In this document: piece by piece, positions 15,265 through 25,400 of the stretch | How positions within the stretch are numbered: position 1 is the first letter of the stretch | Layout: each line of letters opens with the position of its first letter | DNA from: a virus | Lineage: Duplodnaviria > Heunggongvirae > Uroviricota > Caudoviricetes | Virus record (IMG/VR): IMGVR_UViG_2529292922_000011 | Direction: 5' to 3' (one strand) | DNA length: 28,806 bases | Translations under genes and position numbers: made by a program | The notes under the pieces: generated by a model | Databases searched by the model: none | What the model saw: the letters and a program-made list of their open reading frames with translations, nothing else | Told to the model about the DNA's origin: nothing

Positions 15265-18200
15265 ATGGCGACGTTACGTGAACTGATTATCAAAATTTCG
15301 GCAAATTCGCAGTCATTCCAGTCGGAGATCCAGCGGGCTTCCCGCATGGGCAGTGAATATTACCGGACCCTGCAGAATGGCGGGCGTCAGGCTGCCGCAG
15401 TCGCCCGGGAGCAGCGACGCGCCCTGGCTGAGCTGAACAGCCAGTTGACGGAAATCCGCGCTTCAGCTGCCGGAACGGCGGGGGCATTTGCAGGTGCCTT
15501 TGCCACCGGACACCTGATTTCTCTGGCCGATGAATGGAGTTCCGTGAATGCCCGACTGAAACAGGCGTCGCAGTCATCCGATGAATTTTCGTCATCACAG
15601 AAAGTGCTGATGGATATCAGCCAGCGGACGGGCACGGCATTTTCAGATAATGCGGCCCTGTTTGCCCGCTCGGCAGCCTCAATGCGTGAATATGGTTACA
15701 GTGCTGATGATGTGCTGAAGGTGACGGAGGCCATTTCCACGGGGCTGAAAATCTCCGGTGCCAGTACGGCAGAGGCGGGCTCGGTGATCACCCAGTTCAG
15801 CCAGGCGCTGGCACAGGGTGTGTTACGCGGTGAGGAATTTAATTCGGTCAATGAAAGCGGAGACCGGATCGTACGTGCACTGGCTGCGGGTATGGGCGTG
15901 GCCCGTAAAGACCTTAAGGCGATGGCGGACGACGGCAAACTGACGGCGGATAAAGTCGTTCCTGCGTTAATCAGCCAGCTGGGGGTATTGCGTGATGAAT
16001 ATGCCGCCATGCCGGAAACGGTCTCTGACGGGATCACAAAGGTGGAAAACGCCTTTATGGCCTGGGTGGGTGGCGCGAATGAAGCCAGCGGAGCGACGAA
16101 AACGCTCTCCGGCGTGCTGAACGGTGTTGCCGGTAATATTGATAATGTGGCAACAGCCGCTGGGGCGCTGGTTGCCGTCGGGGTTGCCCGGTACTTTGGC
16201 AATATGGCCTCCGGAGCGGTGTCTGCCACGGCAGGACTTGTGACGGCAGCACGTAATGAAGTGGCACTGGCGGAAGCACAGCTCAGGGGGACGCAGATTG
16301 CCACGGCGCGGGCAAGGGCAGCCGTGTACCGTGCACAGCAGGCTGTGGCGGCAGCCCGCGGGACGGAGATGCAGATTGCTGCAGAAGCCCGTCTGGCGGC
16401 CACACAGGAACGCCTGAACAGAAATATTGCTGCCAGAACCGCAGCCCAGAATGCGCTGAACAGTACAACGGCGGTGGGCTCACGTCTGATGACTGGTGCG
16501 TTGGGACTGGTTGGTGGCGTACCCGGACTGGTGATGCTGGGGGCAGCAGCATGGTATACGCTGTACCAGAATCAGGAGCAGGCCAGGGAGTCAGCGCGCC
16601 AGTATGCACTGACGATAGATGAAATCGCGCATAAAACGCTGTCAATGTCTTTGCCTGAAGCCTCAGATAATGAAGGACGAACACGGGCGGCGCTGGCAGA
16701 GCAGAACCGGCTGATTGATGAACAGGCCAGCCGGGTGAAATCCCTGCAGGAAAAAATCGCTGGATATCAGTATGTTCTGGCTAACCCTGGCTGGACAACC
16801 GGTGACGGATTCATGATAAACCATCTGACATCGGTGAAGACCGTGACGGAAGGGCTTTCTCAGGCAACAGAGCAGCTTGCCGTTGAGCAGTCCCGTCTGG
16901 CACAGATGCAGGAAAAAGCGCAGTCCATTCAGGATGTGCTTGCCGGGCTGGAAGACCGTCGTGTGGCGTTAATTCGTCAGCAGGCGACAGAGCAGAATAA
17001 GGTGTACCAGTCCATGCTGGTTATGAACGGTCAGCATACGGAATTCAACCGTCTGCTGGGGCTGGGTAATGAACTGCTTCAGCAGCGGCAGGGACTGGTG
17101 AATGTGCCGTTACGGCTGCCACAGGCCACTCTGGATGATAAACAGCAGAGTGCCCTGACAAAAACAGAGCGTGAGCTGGCCCTGTCCAGACTGAAAGGGG
17201 AAGAAAAAGAGCGTGTCCGACTGGGGTATGCGGCGGATGACCTCGGTTTTGTGGGTGAACCGTATCAGGAGGCGAGACAACGTTATATCAGTAATGCCCT
17301 GGAAGCCTGGCGCAATAACGAGGCGAATAAACCCAAATCCCGGGGTGGAAAATCAGAGACGGAAAAAGCGGAAGACAGTTTTTCCCGGCTGCTGAAGCAG
17401 CAGAAAGAGCAATTGGCACTTGCGGGGCAGAATACAGAGCTGGCGAAGCTGAAATACCAGACTGCGCAGGGCGAACTGAAAACCCTGACGGAGATGCAGA
17501 AGCAGGAACTGCTGCGCAATGCGGCCCTGATTGACCAGCAAAAAATCCGGGAGCAGTTGCGGTCCCGGGAAGAGACCCTGAAGAATGATAATGTGGCTGC
17601 GCGTGCATCAAATGAAGCGGAACTGCTGGGGTACGGGCAGGGAGAGCGGCTCCGTGAACGCATGCGGGAGTTGCAGCAGATCCGCGACAGTTTCCGCCAG
17701 AAGGATGCGGACCTTCAGTCTCAGTATCAGACCGGGGATATCAGTGAGGATTTTTACAGACAGGCTCTGGCACAGAACGCGCAGTATCTGAGTGAACGTC
17801 TGAAAGAGCAGGAAGCCTTTTATGCCGAATCGGATGTGCAGCGTGCGGACTGGCAGAAAGGGCTGCAGGAGGGATTCAGTAACTGGGTGGATAATGCGTC
17901 CGATTACGCCTCACAGGCAGCACAGCTGGCGACGGAGGGTATCTCAGGGATGGTGAATAACATCACGGAGATGCTGAACGGAAATAAAGTGGAATGGCGC
18001 AGCTGGGCCTCATCAGTGCTGCAGGAAATATCAAAAGTTCTTATGAATGCCGCGATTGACAACGGGATCAAGACGGCGGCAAACAGTATGTCCGGAGCGG
18101 GAGGATTTATCGGCAGTATTGGTAGCTGGCTGGGCGGTGCGGTGGCCAATGCAAAAGGCGGGGTGTATACCTCGGCAAACCTGAGTGCGTACAGCAACAG

Positions 18201-18507
18201 TATTGTGGATACGCCCACGTACTTTGCCTTTGCAAAAGGGGCGGGACTGATGGGGGAGGCCGGTCCTGAAGCCATTATGCCCCTGACCCGGGCGGCGGAT
18301 GGCTCGCTGGGTGTGCGAGCGGTGGGCAGTATGAACGGCAGTGCAGGTCTGGTGTATTCCCCGGTCTACCATATCGCCATTCAGAATGACGGGACTAATG
18401 GCCAGATAGGGCCGGAAGCTGCGGGCAGCCTTGTGCAACTGATTGACCAGCGGGTGCAGGCGGTGATGCTGTCCATGCGACGTGACGGAGGAATGCTGAG
18501 TGGCTGA
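15265..18507 (+). CDS. H: Tail tape measure protein (lambda H-like)
   Basis: 1080 aa, Ala/Gln-rich coiled-coil protein; C-terminal region (IQNDGTNGQIGPEAAGS...RDGGMLSG) matches the lambda H C-terminus (recalled). Confidence 0.9.
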   Translation: MATLRELIIKISANSQSFQSEIQRASRMGSEYYRTLQNGGRQAAAVAREQRRALAELNSQLTEIRASAAGTAGAFAGAFATGHLISLADEWSSVNARLKQASQSSDEFSSSQKVLMDISQRTGTAFSDNAALFARSAASMREYGYSADDVLKVTEAISTGLKISGASTAEAGSVITQFSQALAQGVLRGEEFNSVNESGDRIVRALAAGMGVARKDLKAMADDGKLTADKVVPALISQLGVLRDEYAAMPETVSDGITKVENAFMAWVGGANEASGATKTLSGVLNGVAGNIDNVATAAGALVAVGVARYFGNMASGAVSATAGLVTAARNEVALAEAQLRGTQIATARARAAVYRAQQAVAAARGTEMQIAAEARLAATQERLNRNIAARTAAQNALNSTTAVGSRLMTGALGLVGGVPGLVMLGAAAWYTLYQNQEQARESARQYALTIDEIAHKTLSMSLPEASDNEGRTRAALAEQNRLIDEQASRVKSLQEKIAGYQYVLANPGWTTGDGFMINHLTSVKTVTEGLSQATEQLAVEQSRLAQMQEKAQSIQDVLAGLEDRRVALIRQQATEQNKVYQSMLVMNGQHTEFNRLLGLGNELLQQRQGLVNVPLRLPQATLDDKQQSALTKTERELALSRLKGEEKERVRLGYAADDLGFVGEPYQEARQRYISNALEAWRNNEANKPKSRGGKSETEKAEDSFSRLLKQQKEQLALAGQNTELAKLKYQTAQGELKTLTEMQKQELLRNAALIDQQKIREQLRSREETLKNDNVAARASNEAELLGYGQGERLRERMRELQQIRDSFRQKDADLQSQYQTGDISEDFYRQALAQNAQYLSERLKEQEAFYAESDVQRADWQKGLQEGFSNWVDNASDYASQAAQLATEGISGMVNNITEMLNGNKVEWRSWASSVLQEISKVLMNAAIDNGIKTAANSMSGAGGFIGSIGSWLGGAVANAKGGVYTSANLSAYSNSIVDTPTYFAFAKGAGLMGEAGPEAIMPLTRAADGSLGVRAVGSMNGSAGLVYSPVYHIAIQNDGTNGQIGPEAAGSLVQLIDQRVQAVMLSMRRDGGMLSG

Positions 18508-18841
18508 GATAAAAACGCTGCATCTGGTCCCGCGTGAAGGGATGCAGGTGAGTGAGAAACCGTCGGTGGCGAGGGTACGGTTTGGTGACGGTTATGAACA
18601 GCGCCGCCCGACGGGACTTAATGCCCGACTGAAGACGTTTCAGGCGGTGTTCCGGGTGACGGATGAGGCGACCCGGCGATGGCTGGAAGAGTTTTTATCG
18701 TGGCATGGTGGTTACCGTGCCTTTTTGTGGCGACCGCCGAAACATAACCGGACGGTGAGGGTGGTATGCCGGGAGTGGAGCGTCACAGATAACGCCAGGT
18801 ACAGTGATTTCAGTTGTACGATTGAGCAGGTGGTGAACTGA
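18500..18841 (+). CDS. M: Minor tail protein M
   Basis: VRFGDGYEQRRPTGLNARLKTFQAVF...FLWRPP...EQVVN matches lambda M (VRFGDGYSQRAPAGLNANLKTY...EQVVN, recalled). Confidence 0.9.
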   Translation: MAEIKTLHLVPREGMQVSEKPSVARVRFGDGYEQRRPTGLNARLKTFQAVFRVTDEATRRWLEEFLSWHGGYRAFLWRPPKHNRTVRVVCREWSVTDNARYSDFSCTIEQVVN

Positions 18842-19539
18842 TGCAGGATATTCACGAAGAAAGTCTGAACGAGTCGGTTAAATCAGAGCAGTCACCGCGG
18901 GTGGTACTCTGGGAAATCGACCTGACGGTACAGGGTGGTGAGCGGTATTTTTTCTGCAATGAGCTGAATGAAAAAGGGGAGGCGGTTACCTGGCAGGGGC
19001 GGCAATATCAGGCATACCCGATTGACGGCAGTGGCTTTGAGATGAACGGGAAGGGCAGCAGTGCCCGCCCGTCGCTGACGGTGTCGAATCTGTTCGGTCT
19101 GGTCACCGGAATGGCGGAGGACCTGCAGAGCCTGGTGGGGGCCACGGTGGTCCGCCGCCGGGTGTATGCCCGTTTTCTGGATGCGGTGAATTTTGTGGCG
19201 GGCAATCCGGAAGCGGACCCGGAGCAGGAGCTGAGCGACCGCTGGGTGGTGGAGCAGATGTCAGAGCTGACGGCCATGACAGCCTCGTTTGTGCTGGCAA
19301 CACCGACGGAGACGGACGGAGCGCTGTTTCCCGGTCGCATCATGCTGGCGAACACCTGTATGTGGGATTACCGGGGAGATGAATGCGGGTATAACGGTCC
19401 TGCGGTGGCGGATGAGTTCGATAAACCCACCACCGATATCCGTAAGGACAGATGCAGCAAGTGCATGCGCGGGTGTGAGATGCGCGGCATGGTGGCTAAT
19501 TTTGGCGGTTTCCTTTCCATTAACAAACTTTCGCAGTAA
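18841..19539 (+). CDS. L: Minor tail protein L
   Basis: 232 aa with C-terminal Cys cluster (CSKCMRGCEMRGM); lambda L position and size. Confidence 0.85.
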   Translation: MQDIHEESLNESVKSEQSPRVVLWEIDLTVQGGERYFFCNELNEKGEAVTWQGRQYQAYPIDGSGFEMNGKGSSARPSLTVSNLFGLVTGMAEDLQSLVGATVVRRRVYARFLDAVNFVAGNPEADPEQELSDRWVVEQMSELTAMTASFVLATPTETDGALFPGRIMLANTCMWDYRGDECGYNGPAVADEFDKPTTDIRKDRCSKCMRGCEMRGMVANFGGFLSINKLSQ

Positions 19540-19544
19540 ATCCA

Positions 19545-20290
19545 ATGACACAGACAGAATCAGCGATTCTGGCGCATGCCCGGCGGTGTGTGCCTGCGGA
19601 GTCGTGCGGCTTCGTGGTGAGAACGCCGGAGGGGGAGCGGTATATCCCTTGTGTGAATATCTCTGCAGAGCCTGAGGCATATTTTCGTATTGCCCCGGAA
19701 GACTGGCTGCGGGCAGAGATGCAGGGGGAGATTGTGGCGCTGGTTCACAGTCGTCCCGGTGGTCTGCCCTGGCTGAGCGAGGCTGACCGGCGGCTGCAGA
19801 TAAAAAAGCGCACTGCCCTGGTGGCTGGTCAGCCGGGGTGACATTCACAAATTCCGCTGCGTTCCGCACCTGACCGGACGGCGCTTTGAACACGGGGTGA
19901 CGGACTGTTACACCCTGTTCCGGGATGCATACCATCTGGCGGGGATTGAGATGCCGGATTTTTCACCGTGAGGATGAGTGGTGGCGCAACGGTCAGAACC
20001 TGTACCTGGACAATATGGAGGCAACGGGCTTTTACCGGGTGCCCCTGTCCTCTGCACAGGCGGGCGATATCCTGCTGTGCTGCTTTGGCGCATCGGTGGC
20101 CAATCATGCCGCCATTTACTGCGGCAACGGTGAACTGCTTCACCATCTGCCTGAACAACTGAGTAAACGGGAGAGGTATTCCGAAAAATGGCAACGACGA
20201 ACGCATTCTGTCTGGCGTCACCGCCACTGGCACGCATCTGCCTTCACGGGGATTTGCAACGATTTGGCCGCCGCCTCAGCCTGTATGTGA
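19545..20290 (+). pseudogene. K: Tail assembly protein K, split into three frames by two single-base insertions
   Basis: Frame 0 (19545-19841) matches lambda K N-terminus MTQTESAILAHARRC...LPWLSEADRRLQ; the +1 frame continues ...LPWWLVSRGDIHKFRCVPHLTGRRFEHGVTDCYTLFRDAYHLAGIEMPDF; the +2 frame (to 20290) continues HREDEWWRNGQNLYLDN... Shifts coincide with an A6 run (19802-19807) and a T5 run (19959-19963). Confidence 0.8.
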
Positions 20291-20868
20291 ACACGGCAGC
20301 GGAAGCCATCCGGGCGCTGTCGTTACAGGTGCCGGGATTCCGCCGTCAGATGAACGAAGGCTGGTACCAGATACGTATTGCCGGTGAAGACACGGCACCG
20401 GAGGTGGTGTACGCCCGCCTTCACGAACAGCTGGGTGAGGGAACGGTCATCCACATTGTGCCGCGACTGGCCGGGGCCGGAAAGGGTGGACTGCAGATTG
20501 TGTTGGGGGCGGCAGCCATCGTGGGCTCTTTCTTCACTGCCGGGGCATCAATGGCGTTATGGGGTTCAGCCCTGGCAGCCGGTGGTTTTTCTGCCACCAC
20601 GATGCTGTTTTCTCTGGGGGCCAGCATGATTCTGGGCGGTGTGGCCCAGATGCTGGCCCCGAAGGCAAAAACACCGGATTACCGCGCAACGGATAACGGC
20701 AGACAGAACACGTACTTTTCCTCGCTGGATAACATGATTGCCCAGGGGAACCCGATGCCGGTGCCTTACGGGGAAATGCTGGTTGGCTCCCGCCGTATAT
20801 CCCAGGACATCAGCACCCGTGATGAAGGCGGGGGCGGAAAGGTCGTGGTTATCGGGCGACAGGGATAA
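20188..20868 (+). CDS. I: Tail assembly protein I
   Basis: MATTNAFCLASPPLARICLHGDLQRFGRR...GASMILGGVAQMLAPKAKTP...NTYFSSLDNM matches lambda I nearly throughout (recalled). Confidence 0.9.
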   Translation: MATTNAFCLASPPLARICLHGDLQRFGRRLSLYVNTAAEAIRALSLQVPGFRRQMNEGWYQIRIAGEDTAPEVVYARLHEQLGEGTVIHIVPRLAGAGKGGLQIVLGAAAIVGSFFTAGASMALWGSALAAGGFSATTMLFSLGASMILGGVAQMLAPKAKTPDYRATDNGRQNTYFSSLDNMIAQGNPMPVPYGEMLVGSRRISQDISTRDEGGGGKVVVIGRQG

Positions 20869-20881
20869 AACATAAAAAAAT

Positions 20882-20906
20882 CCCGCAGTGATCGCGGAGC
20901 TGCGGG
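20882..20906. other. GC-rich hairpin in the I-J intergenic region (terminator-like when read on the minus strand)
   Basis: cccgcag / ctgcggg stem with 11-nt loop, A7 on the 5' side on the + strand (a U7 tail if transcribed from the - strand). Confidence 0.3.
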
Positions 20907-21044
20907 GACAGACAAATGAAGATCAATGTGAAGGAGTTGTTTTTGTTACTCGGGCAAAAAAACACTAACGCAGCGAAATTATAAGCGCCACAGTCAGTGT
21001 GTGAAAATGTGAAGATATTCAGAAATTTTATTCCGTCATGACGC

Positions 21045-21073
21045 AGGCACCCGGTGAGGTGCCTGTTGTTTTT
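21045..21073 (+). terminator. Terminator-like hairpin just upstream of J
   Basis: aggcacc / ggugccu stem with 6-nt loop followed by gttgttttt. Confidence 0.4.
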
Positions 21074-21108
21074 GTGAGTGAACAATTATCACGGTAAGAG
21101 GTGATGTA

Positions 21109-24100
21109 ATGGGCAAAGGTGGCGGCAAGGCGCACACACCGCGTGAGGCGAAAGACAATCTCAAATCCACGCAGATGATGAGCGTGATTGATGCGATTGG
21201 TGAGGGACCGATAGAAGGCCCGGTGAAAGGCCTGCAGAGTATTCTGGTGAACAAAACCCCGCTGACGGACACGGACGGTAATCCCGTGATACACGGTGTG
21301 ACGGCGGTCTGGCGCGCCGGGGAGCAGGAGCAGACACCACCGGAAGGCTTTGAGTCCTCCGGAGCTGAAACCGGACTGGGCGTGGAAGTGACGAAGGCAA
21401 AGCCGGTAACGCGCACCATTACATCCGCGAACATTGACCGCCTGCGGGTCACCTTCGGGGTGCAGTCACTGTTGGAGACCACCTCAAAGGGCGACCGTAA
21501 TCCCTCTTCTGTCCGACTGCTGATTCAGTTGCAGCGTAACGGTAACTGGGTGACGGAAAAGGATGTCACCATTAACGGCAAGACCACCTCACAGTACCTG
21601 GCGTCGGTGATTCTGGAGAATCTGCCTGAGCGGCCCTTTAACATCCGGATGGTCCGGGAGACAGCGGACAGCACCTCGGACCAGCTGCAGAATAAGACGC
21701 TCTGGTCGTCATACACCGAAATCATCGATGTGAAACAGTGCTACCCGAACACGGCGATTGTGGGGCTGCAGGTGGATGCGGAGCAGTTTGGCGGTCAGCA
21801 GATGACGGTGAACTACCATATCCGAGGTCGCATCATCCAGGTGCCGTCAAACTATGACCCGGAAAAACGCACGTACAGCGGCATCTGGGACGGCAGCCTG
21901 AAACCGGCATACAGCAACAACCCGGCCTGGTGCCTGTGGGACATGCTGACTCACCCGCGCTACGGCATGGGAAAACGTCTGGGGGCGGCAGACGTGGACA
22001 AATGGGCGCTGTATGCCATCGGGCAGTACTGCGACCAGACGGTCCCGGATGGTTTCGGGGGCACAGAGCCGCGGATGACCTTTAATGCGTACCTGTCACA
22101 ACAGCGTAAGGCATGGGATGTGCTCAGTGATTTCTGCTCGGCGATGCGCTGTATGCCGGTATGGAACGGCCAGACGCTGACGTTCGTTCAGGACCGCCCG
22201 TCGGATGTGGTGTGGCCGTACACCAACTGCGATGTGGTGGTGGATGATAACGGCGTGGGGTTTCGCTACAGCTTCAGCGCCCTGAAGGACCGCCACACGG
22301 CGGTGGAGGTGAATTACACCGACCCGCAGAACGGCTGGCAGACCTCCACGGAACTGGTGGAAGACCCGGAAGCCATACTGCGCTACGGGCGCAACCTGCT
22401 GAAGATGGATGCGTTCGGTTGCACCAGTCGCGGTCAGGCCCACCGTGCCGGGCTGTGGGTGATAAAGACCGGACTGCTGGAAACGCAGACGGTGGATTTC
22501 ACGCTCGGGTCACAGGGGCTGCGTCACACACCCGGTGACATTATTGAAATCTGTGATAACGACTATGCCGGGACCATGACCGGCGGACGTATCCTGTCCA
22601 TCGATGCCGCCAGCCGCACCCTGACACTGGACCGTGAGGTGACCCTGCCGGAGACAGGTGCCGCCACGGTGAACCTGATTAACGGCAGCGGTAAGCCGGT
22701 GAGCGTGGCCATCACCGAACACCCCGCGCCGGACCGGATACAGGTCAGTACCCTGCCTGATGGTGTGGAGACATACGGGGTGTGGGGACTCTCCCTGCCG
22801 TCACTGCGCCGTCGCCTGTTCCGCTGTGTCTCCGTCCGGGAAAACACGGACGGCACCTTTGCCATCACGGCGGTGCAGCACGTACCGGAAAAAGAAGCCA
22901 TCGTGGATAACGGTGCCCGCTTTGAGCCGCAGTCAGGTTCCCTGAACAGCGTCATCCCACCGGCAGTGCAGCACCTGACGGTGGAGGTGAGCGCAGCTGA
23001 CGGCCAGTATCTGGCGCAGGCGAAATGGGACACGCCGCGGGTGGTGAAGGGTGTGCGCTTCAGTCTGCGCCTGACCAGTGGTAAGGGAACGGATGCCAGA
23101 CTGGTGACCACCGCCATCACCGCAGACACGGAGCACCGTTTCAGCGGCCTGCCGCTCGGGGAATACACCCTGACGGTGCGGGCGATAAACAGCTATGGCC
23201 AGCAGGGTGAACCTGCCACCACCACCTTCCGGATTGCCGCACCGGCAGCACCGTCGCGGATTGAGCTGACGCCGGGCTATTTTCAGATAACCGCCACGCC
23301 GCATCTTGCCGTTTATGACCCGACGGTACAGTTTGAGTTCTGGTTCTCGGAAAAGCGGATTGCGGATATCAGGCAGGTTGAAACCGCAGCCCGCTATCTT
23401 GGCTCGGCGCTGTACTGGATAGCTGCCAGTATCAATATCAAACCGGGCCATGATTATTATTTTTATATCCGCAGTGTGAATACTGTTGGCAAATCGGCAT
23501 TTGTGGAGGCTGTTGGCCAGCCGAGTGATGATGCATCCGGCTATCTGGATTTTTTCAAAGGAGAGATAGGGAAAACCCATCTGGCTCAGGAGTTGTGGAC
23601 GCAGATTGATAACGGTCAGCTTGCGCCTGATCTGGCTGAAATCAGGACGTCCATTACGAATGTCAGCAATGAAATCACGCAGACCGTCAATAAAAAACTG
23701 GAAAATCAGAGCGCGGCAATCCAGCAGATACAGAAAGTTCAGGTTGATACAAATAATAACCTGAACAGCATGTGGGCCGTGAAACTGCAGCAGATGAAGG
23801 ACGGACGCCTTTATATTGCGGGTATCGGAGCCGGTATTGAGAATACGCCAGCAGGTATGCAGAGTCAGGTGCTTCTGGCTGCTGACCGGATTGCGATGAT
23901 TAATCCTGCGAATGGCAACACAAAGCCGATGTTTGTTGGTCAGGGCGATCAGATATTCATGAACGAAGTGTTCCTGAAATACCTGACGGCTCCCACCATT
24001 ACCAGTGGCGGTAATCCTCCGGCATTTTCCCTGACACCGGACGGGCGGCTGACGGCGAAAAATGCCGATATCAGCGGTAACGTGAATGCGAACTCCGGGA

Positions 24101-24582
24101 CGCTCAACAACGTCACGATTAACGAAAACTGTCGGGTTCTGGGAAAACTGTCCGCCAACCAGATTGAAGGCGATCTCGTTAAAACAGTGGGCAAAGCTTT
24201 CCCCCGGGACTCCCGTGCACCGGAGCGGTGGCCATCAGGGACCATTACCGTCAGGGTTTATGACGATCAGCCGTTTGACCGGCAGATTGTTATTCCGGCG
24301 GTGGCATTCAGCGGCGCTAAACATGAGAAAGAGCATACTGATATTTACTCCTCATGCCGTCTGATAGTGCGGAAAAACGGTGCTGAAATTTATAACCGTA
24401 CCGCGCTGGATAATACGCTGATTTACAGTGGTGTTATTGATATGCCTGCCGGTCACGGTCACATGACACTGGAGTTTTCGGTGTCAGCATGGCTGGTGAA
24501 TAACTGGTATCCCACAGCAAGTATCAGCGATTTGCTGGTTGTGGTGATGAAGAAAGCCACCGCAGGCATCAGTATCAGCTGA
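21109..24582 (+). CDS. J: Tail tip / central tail fibre host-specificity protein J
   Basis: 1157 aa; near-colinear with lambda J over ~1000 residues ([22 protein letters not shown]..., fibronectin-like region, ...[20 protein letters not shown]...); the last ~150 aa diverge. Confidence 0.9.
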   Translation: MGKGGGKAHTPREAKDNLKSTQMMSVIDAIGEGPIEGPVKGLQSILVNKTPLTDTDGNPVIHGVTAVWRAGEQEQTPPEGFESSGAETGLGVEVTKAKPVTRTITSANIDRLRVTFGVQSLLETTSKGDRNPSSVRLLIQLQRNGNWVTEKDVTINGKTTSQYLASVILENLPERPFNIRMVRETADSTSDQLQNKTLWSSYTEIIDVKQCYPNTAIVGLQVDAEQFGGQQMTVNYHIRGRIIQVPSNYDPEKRTYSGIWDGSLKPAYSNNPAWCLWDMLTHPRYGMGKRLGAADVDKWALYAIGQYCDQTVPDGFGGTEPRMTFNAYLSQQRKAWDVLSDFCSAMRCMPVWNGQTLTFVQDRPSDVVWPYTNCDVVVDDNGVGFRYSFSALKDRHTAVEVNYTDPQNGWQTSTELVEDPEAILRYGRNLLKMDAFGCTSRGQAHRAGLWVIKTGLLETQTVDFTLGSQGLRHTPGDIIEICDNDYAGTMTGGRILSIDAASRTLTLDREVTLPETGAATVNLINGSGKPVSVAITEHPAPDRIQVSTLPDGVETYGVWGLSLPSLRRRLFRCVSVRENTDGTFAITAVQHVPEKEAIVDNGARFEPQSGSLNSVIPPAVQHLTVEVSAADGQYLAQAKWDTPRVVKGVRFSLRLTSGKGTDARLVTTAITADTEHRFSGLPLGEYTLTVRAINSYGQQGEPATTTFRIAAPAAPSRIELTPGYFQITATPHLAVYDPTVQFEFWFSEKRIADIRQVETAARYLGSALYWIAASINIKPGHDYYFYIRSVNTVGKSAFVEAVGQPSDDASGYLDFFKGEIGKTHLAQELWTQIDNGQLAPDLAEIRTSITNVSNEITQTVNKKLENQSAAIQQIQKVQVDTNNNLNSMWAVKLQQMKDGRLYIAGIGAGIENTPAGMQSQVLLAADRIAMINPANGNTKPMFVGQGDQIFMNEVFLKYLTAPTITSGGNPPAFSLTPDGRLTAKNADISGNVNANSGTLNNVTINENCRVLGKLSANQIEGDLVKTVGKAFPRDSRAPERWPSGTITVRVYDDQPFDRQIVIPAVAFSGAKHEKEHTDIYSSCRLIVRKNGAEIYNRTALDNTLIYSGVIDMPAGHGHMTLEFSVSAWLVNNWYPTASISDLLVVVMKKATAGISIS

Positions 24583-24601
24583 ATTTTATAACCCATATAC
24601 G

Positions 24602-24625
24602 GGCGCCAGAAATGGCGCCTTTTTT
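24602..24625 (+). terminator. Rho-independent terminator after J
   Basis: ggcgcc / ggcgcc 6-bp stem, 6-nt loop, T6 run. Confidence 0.6.
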
Positions 24626-24649
24626 ATTGCAGAAAAGCGAGAGGTAATT

Positions 24650-25249
24650 ATGCGTAAAGTTTGTGCAGCCATTTTGTCCGCAGCCATCTGTCTGTCCGTA
24701 TCCGGTGCGCCTGCATGGGCGTCTGAACATCAGTCCACACTGAGCGCGGGGTATCTTCATGCCCGTACGAACGCTCCCGGCAGCGATAATCTGAACGGGA
24801 TTAACGTGAAATACCGTTATGAGTTTACGGACGCGCTGGGGCTGATTACGTCCTTCAGTTATGCCAATGCTGAGGATGAGCAAAAAACGCACTACAGCGA
24901 TACCCGCTGGCATGAAGATTCCGTGCGTAACCGCTGGTTCAGCGTGATGGCGGGGCCGTCTGTACGCGTGAATGAATGGTTCAGCGCGTATGCGATGGTG
25001 GGTGTGGCTTACAGCCGTGTGTCGACTTTCTCCGGGGATTATCTCCGCGTAACTGACAACAAGGGGAAAACGCACGATGTGCTGACCGGAAGTGATGACG
25101 GTCGCCACAGCAACACGTCTCTGGCGTGGGGGGCTGGCGTGCAGTTTAACCCGACCGAATCCGTGACCATTGACCTTGCTTATGAAGGTTCCGGTAGTGG
25201 CGACTGGCGAACGGATGCATTTATTGTTGGTATCGGATACCGTTTCTGA
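24650..25249 (+). CDS. lom: Lom outer-membrane protein (Ail/Lom/PagC family beta-barrel)
   Basis: Signal peptide MRKVCAAILSAAICLSVSGAPAWA; barrel motifs GINVKYRYEFTD..., SVMAGP..., AYEGSGSGDWRTDAFIVGIGYRF match lambda Lom nearly exactly at the C-terminus (recalled). Confidence 0.9.
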   Translation: MRKVCAAILSAAICLSVSGAPAWASEHQSTLSAGYLHARTNAPGSDNLNGINVKYRYEFTDALGLITSFSYANAEDEQKTHYSDTRWHEDSVRNRWFSVMAGPSVRVNEWFSAYAMVGVAYSRVSTFSGDYLRVTDNKGKTHDVLTGSDDGRHSNTSLAWGAGVQFNPTESVTIDLAYEGSGSGDWRTDAFIVGIGYRF

Positions 25250-25354
25250 CAACAGACGCCGATTTATCTTCTGTAAATATTGTTATGATACGCAGGTTCA
25301 TCCACCTTATGGGGTGAACTGCGTTTGAGGAAACGTAAAGTTACACTGTCCTGA

Positions 25355-25387
25355 AGCCCGTGGCGTCACTGCTGCGGGCTTTTTTTA
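25355..25387 (+). terminator. Rho-independent terminator after lom
   Basis: agcccg / cgggcu stem with long loop followed by T7. Confidence 0.45.
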
Positions 25388-25400
25388 TTGGTGGAAAAGT

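Noticed and set aside
15696-16403. 235-aa minus-strand ORF inside the tape measure gene
   Set aside because: Ala-rich antisense frame of the Ala/Gln-rich tape measure coding sequence; no support.
20849-21085. 78-aa minus-strand ORF spanning the I-J intergenic region
   Set aside because: Reads through both hairpins and into the 3' end of gene I with no start context; the region is better explained as noncoding structure.
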